Source: Candidatus Beckwithbacteria bacterium
Lineage (GTDB): Bacteria; Patescibacteriota; Microgenomatia; UBA1400; UBA1449
Length of the DNA stretch: 61,132 bases
Direction: 5' to 3'
NCBI GenBank assembly: GCA_012798485.1
Contig: JAAZND010000102.1
Location: 1-61,132, forward strand
Shown: positions 58,804 to 61,132 of the stretch, one piece after another
How the letters are laid out: each line of letters opens with the position of its first letter
Position numbering within the stretch: position 1 is the stretch's first letter
Made by a program: the position numbers and the translations under genes
The notes under the pieces: generated by a model
What the model was told of the DNA's origin: nothing
What the model saw: only the letters and a program-made list of their open reading frames with translations
The model's database searches: none

Positions 58804-59493
58804 TTATCTAAATAATCTCAAAAATAATTTTATTAAAATATTAATACTATTTAAATTTCGCTGACCTTTCTGTCTAGAGTACTCGGTATAGATTACTTTA
58901 ATCGGAACTTCACAAAATTGCAAATGGTTTTTTTTAATCTCAGCAAAAATTTCAGTTGAGACCTCCATTCTTTGCGTTTTTAGATTTAACAAAGTTAAAG
59001 CTTTTTTATTAAAAACTCTAAAACCAGATTGAGAGTCTGTAGTCCAAATCCCAAAAAGAAGCAATGTGATTAGACTACTTAAAAAATTAATCACCACTCT
59101 ATCAAAAGGCATATCTCGATACTTGGACATTCGAGAACCAATAACTACATCAGCCTGATTGGCTAAAACTGGTTTGATTGCTTTGGGAATGTCAGTAAAA
59201 CTATGTTGACCATCACTATCCATAGTCAGAGCCAAATCAAAATTGTTTTTTTTGGCAAATTCCAATCCGGTAGCCAAAGCACCACCAAGTCCCCGATTAA
59301 TAATATGATGTAAAACAATTACTTTTGCTTTTTGTGCAATCTCCAAAGTATCATCACTACTTCCATCATCAATTACTAAAATAGAAATATCTAGATCTTT
59401 CAACTTCGTTCTAATGAAATCTTGTAAATCTATTAAAACCTTACCTATTACTTGGGCTTCATTATATGCTGGTAAAATAATACAAAGTTTCAT
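58804..59493 (-). CDS. GT2 polyprenol-phosphate sugar synthase (DPM1-like)
   Basis: PAYNE, NRGLGGAL, DSDGQH, GSR, DSQSGFR. Confidence 0.92.
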   Translation of the reverse strand: MKLCIILPAYNEAQVIGKVLIDLQDFIRTKLKDLDISILVIDDGSSDDTLEIAQKAKVIVLHHIINRGLGGALATGLEFAKKNNFDLALTMDSDGQHSFTDIPKAIKPVLANQADVVIGSRMSKYRDMPFDRVVINFLSSLITLLLFGIWTTDSQSGFRVFNKKALTLLNLKTQRMEVSTEIFAEIKKNHLQFCEVPIKVIYTEYSRQKGQRNLNSINILIKLFLRLFR

Positions 59494-60425
59494 TTTAAAT
59501 TTTGAAAATAAGCTAATGTTTCTTTCAATCCTTTCTTTAAAGAATATAATGGTTGCCAGCCTAAATTTAACTTTATTTTTTTATTGTCAAGTAAGCTTCT
59601 TTCAATATCTCCTGGTCTTTTTGATAAATATTGAGGATTCATATTATGAGAATTAAGTTTTACAAGTAAAAAATATAAATCATTAACACTTACTTCTTTC
59701 TGGCTTGAAACATTAAAAATTCCTGCTAAATTTTTTTGCGTTGCCAAAAGATTAGCTTGAACCACATCTTTAACATAAATAAAATCTCTGGTTTGCTTTC
59801 CATCACCATAAATAATAGAATTTTTATTCTTAGCTAAATTCTCTGAAAAAATTGCTACTACACCTCCCTCAGCCCCACTATCTTGAAAGGGACCAAAAAC
59901 ATTAGCATAACGAAAAATAGTTGTTGTAAAATTATTTTGGTACAAAGAAATTATTTTTTCGCAAACATATTTTTGCAAACCATAAAAAGATTCAGGATTC
60001 CCTTCAATCTCCTCACTAATTGGATATGAATAGGTTTTCCCATTTTTTAACTTTGATCCATAAACTGCTACAGACGAAGGAAAAATAAACTGTTTAATTT
60101 GATATTTTTTACAAAGCTCCAGAAGTTTAAAAGTTACCAAAACATTATTATTTTCATAATCGAGTGTTTGTTGCATTGAAGTAGCTACATTAATTAAGGC
60201 TGCATGATGGCTCACTATTTGAGGTTTAAATTGAGCAAAAATTTTTTCAACCGCTTTCTCCTCAGTTAAATCAACTTGAAAATAATCAATATTAGCAAGA
60301 TCCAATTTCACTTCTTTCTTTTCTTTTTTATCTAAAACTGCCACCTGAAAACCAGCGACCAAATAAGTATTAACCAAATGCGTCCCAATAAATCCAGCGC
60401 CACCAGTAATTAAAATTTTTGTCAT
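59490..60425 (-). CDS. NAD-dependent epimerase/dehydratase (UDP-glucose 4-epimerase-like)
   Basis: TGGAGFIG, YGLQK, RYANVFGP.Q, GDGKQTRDF. Confidence 0.88.
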   Translation of the reverse strand: MTKILITGGAGFIGTHLVNTYLVAGFQVAVLDKKEKKEVKLDLANIDYFQVDLTEEKAVEKIFAQFKPQIVSHHAALINVATSMQQTLDYENNNVLVTFKLLELCKKYQIKQFIFPSSVAVYGSKLKNGKTYSYPISEEIEGNPESFYGLQKYVCEKIISLYQNNFTTTIFRYANVFGPFQDSGAEGGVVAIFSENLAKNKNSIIYGDGKQTRDFIYVKDVVQANLLATQKNLAGIFNVSSQKEVSVNDLYFLLVKLNSHNMNPQYLSKRPGDIERSLLDNKKIKLNLGWQPLYSLKKGLKETLAYFQNLK

Positions 60426-60434
60426 AATTTAAGT

Positions 60435-61132
60435 TTAACTAACCCAATAACCGCGAGTAAACATCGCTGTACAGATAAATAACAAAATTAAATTAATGCT
60501 TAAAATAAGATATTTAAAATATTTATTTTCTATCATAGCAAGAGCAATAAATCCAGGAAAGATGACTAAAACATAGCGAGGCATAGAAGAAAGAACTCCT
60601 GTTAAAGTCGGTAAAGCTAAACAAAGAATTCCATAAACCACATAACTTGGACGAATTTTTTTAAAATAACCCCAAACTAAAAGAGCAAGAAAAGAAAAAG
60701 AACTAATAAATTCTAACCAAAGGGTAAAATAAATTGGATTTTTGGGAGAAACCGTTGCAAACATTTTAAAATAACGCCAGATAATTTGATAGAAAAACAC
60801 TATCTGTCCTGTTTCTCTTCCCGCTCCAAAACCAGACTGAACATGTGTAAATAACAGAGGATCTTGGAAATGAACATAAAGATAAGACATATACGAAAAT
60901 AACCCAAAACAAACAATAATTAGAATATAAAAATTTTTAATAATAAATTTCACTCGTTCATTATTATTTTTCATTTTTAATAATTTATCTTTTTGTTGAT
61001 TCCAAACTTCTATCAAAAAAGCAGGAGCTAAAAATATACCAATTACCCGAGTAGCTGAAACAATCCCTCCACAAATTCCCGCCTTTAAAGCCTGATTAGT
61101 TCTTAAAAAATAAAAAGCGCTTAAAGTTAAAA
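60435..61132 (-). CDS. GT-C mannosyltransferase-like membrane protein (PIG-V/Mannosyl_trans2-like), 5' part outside the window
   Basis: Frame open to the window edge (SATRVIG), DPL.F.H.Q, SMPRY...FP, C-terminal GYWVS. Confidence 0.75.
   Translation of the reverse strand, partial: LTLSAFYFLRTNQALKAGICGGIVSATRVIGIFLAPAFLIEVWNQQKDKLLKMKNNNERVKFIIKNFYILIIVCFGLFSYMSYLYVHFQDPLLFTHVQSGFGAGRETGQIVFFYQIIWRYFKMFATVSPKNPIYFTLWLEFISSFSFLALLVWGYFKKIRPSYVVYGILCLALPTLTGVLSSMPRYVLVIFPGFIALAMIENKYFKYLILSINLILLFICTAMFTRGYWVS

Noticed and set aside
2352..59656. Short ORF-track entries overlapping longer genes (for example 2352-2537, 3525-3767, 10004-10371, 28354-28702, 48054-48369, 52931-53442, 59414-59656)
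   Set aside because: Antisense or alternate-frame shadows of well-supported genes, with no recognisable motifs

Overview
A very AT-rich bacterial window, standard code 11 (TGA is used as a stop). Gene content and style suggest a Patescibacteria/CPR (Microgenomates-like) genome, but that is inference. Nearly all 61 kb is one mosaic surface-glycan locus. It holds about 20 GT2/GT4/GT11/GT47-type glycosyltransferases, four multi-membrane GT-C transferases, two Wzm/Wzt ABC exporters, a Wzx-type flippase and about nine methyltransferases. Nucleotide-sugar enzymes include RfbF/G/H, FdtA/B/C, VioA, UDP-xylose synthase, UDP-glucuronate epimerase and GDP-fucose synthase. Two tailoring cassettes stand out. 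(i) A GNAT-DegT fusion, an AspC-type aminotransferase and a YerE-like ThDP enzyme sit between rfbFG and rfbH, suggesting a branched and possibly aminated 3,6-dideoxysugar. (ii) VioA is followed by a methyltransferase, a GNAT, a D-cysteine-desulfhydrase-type enzyme and an ATP-grasp ligase, suggesting an unusual acyl or aminoacyl sugar decoration. The left edge contains the probable left end of an IS200/IS605 element that truncates an HD-domain gene. Also present: REP-like palindromes, a CIRCE-like operator before hsp20, and several genes broken by in-frame TAA or single-base frameshifts. No rRNA, tRNA or CRISPR array was seen. All calls come from motif recognition; no searches were run.
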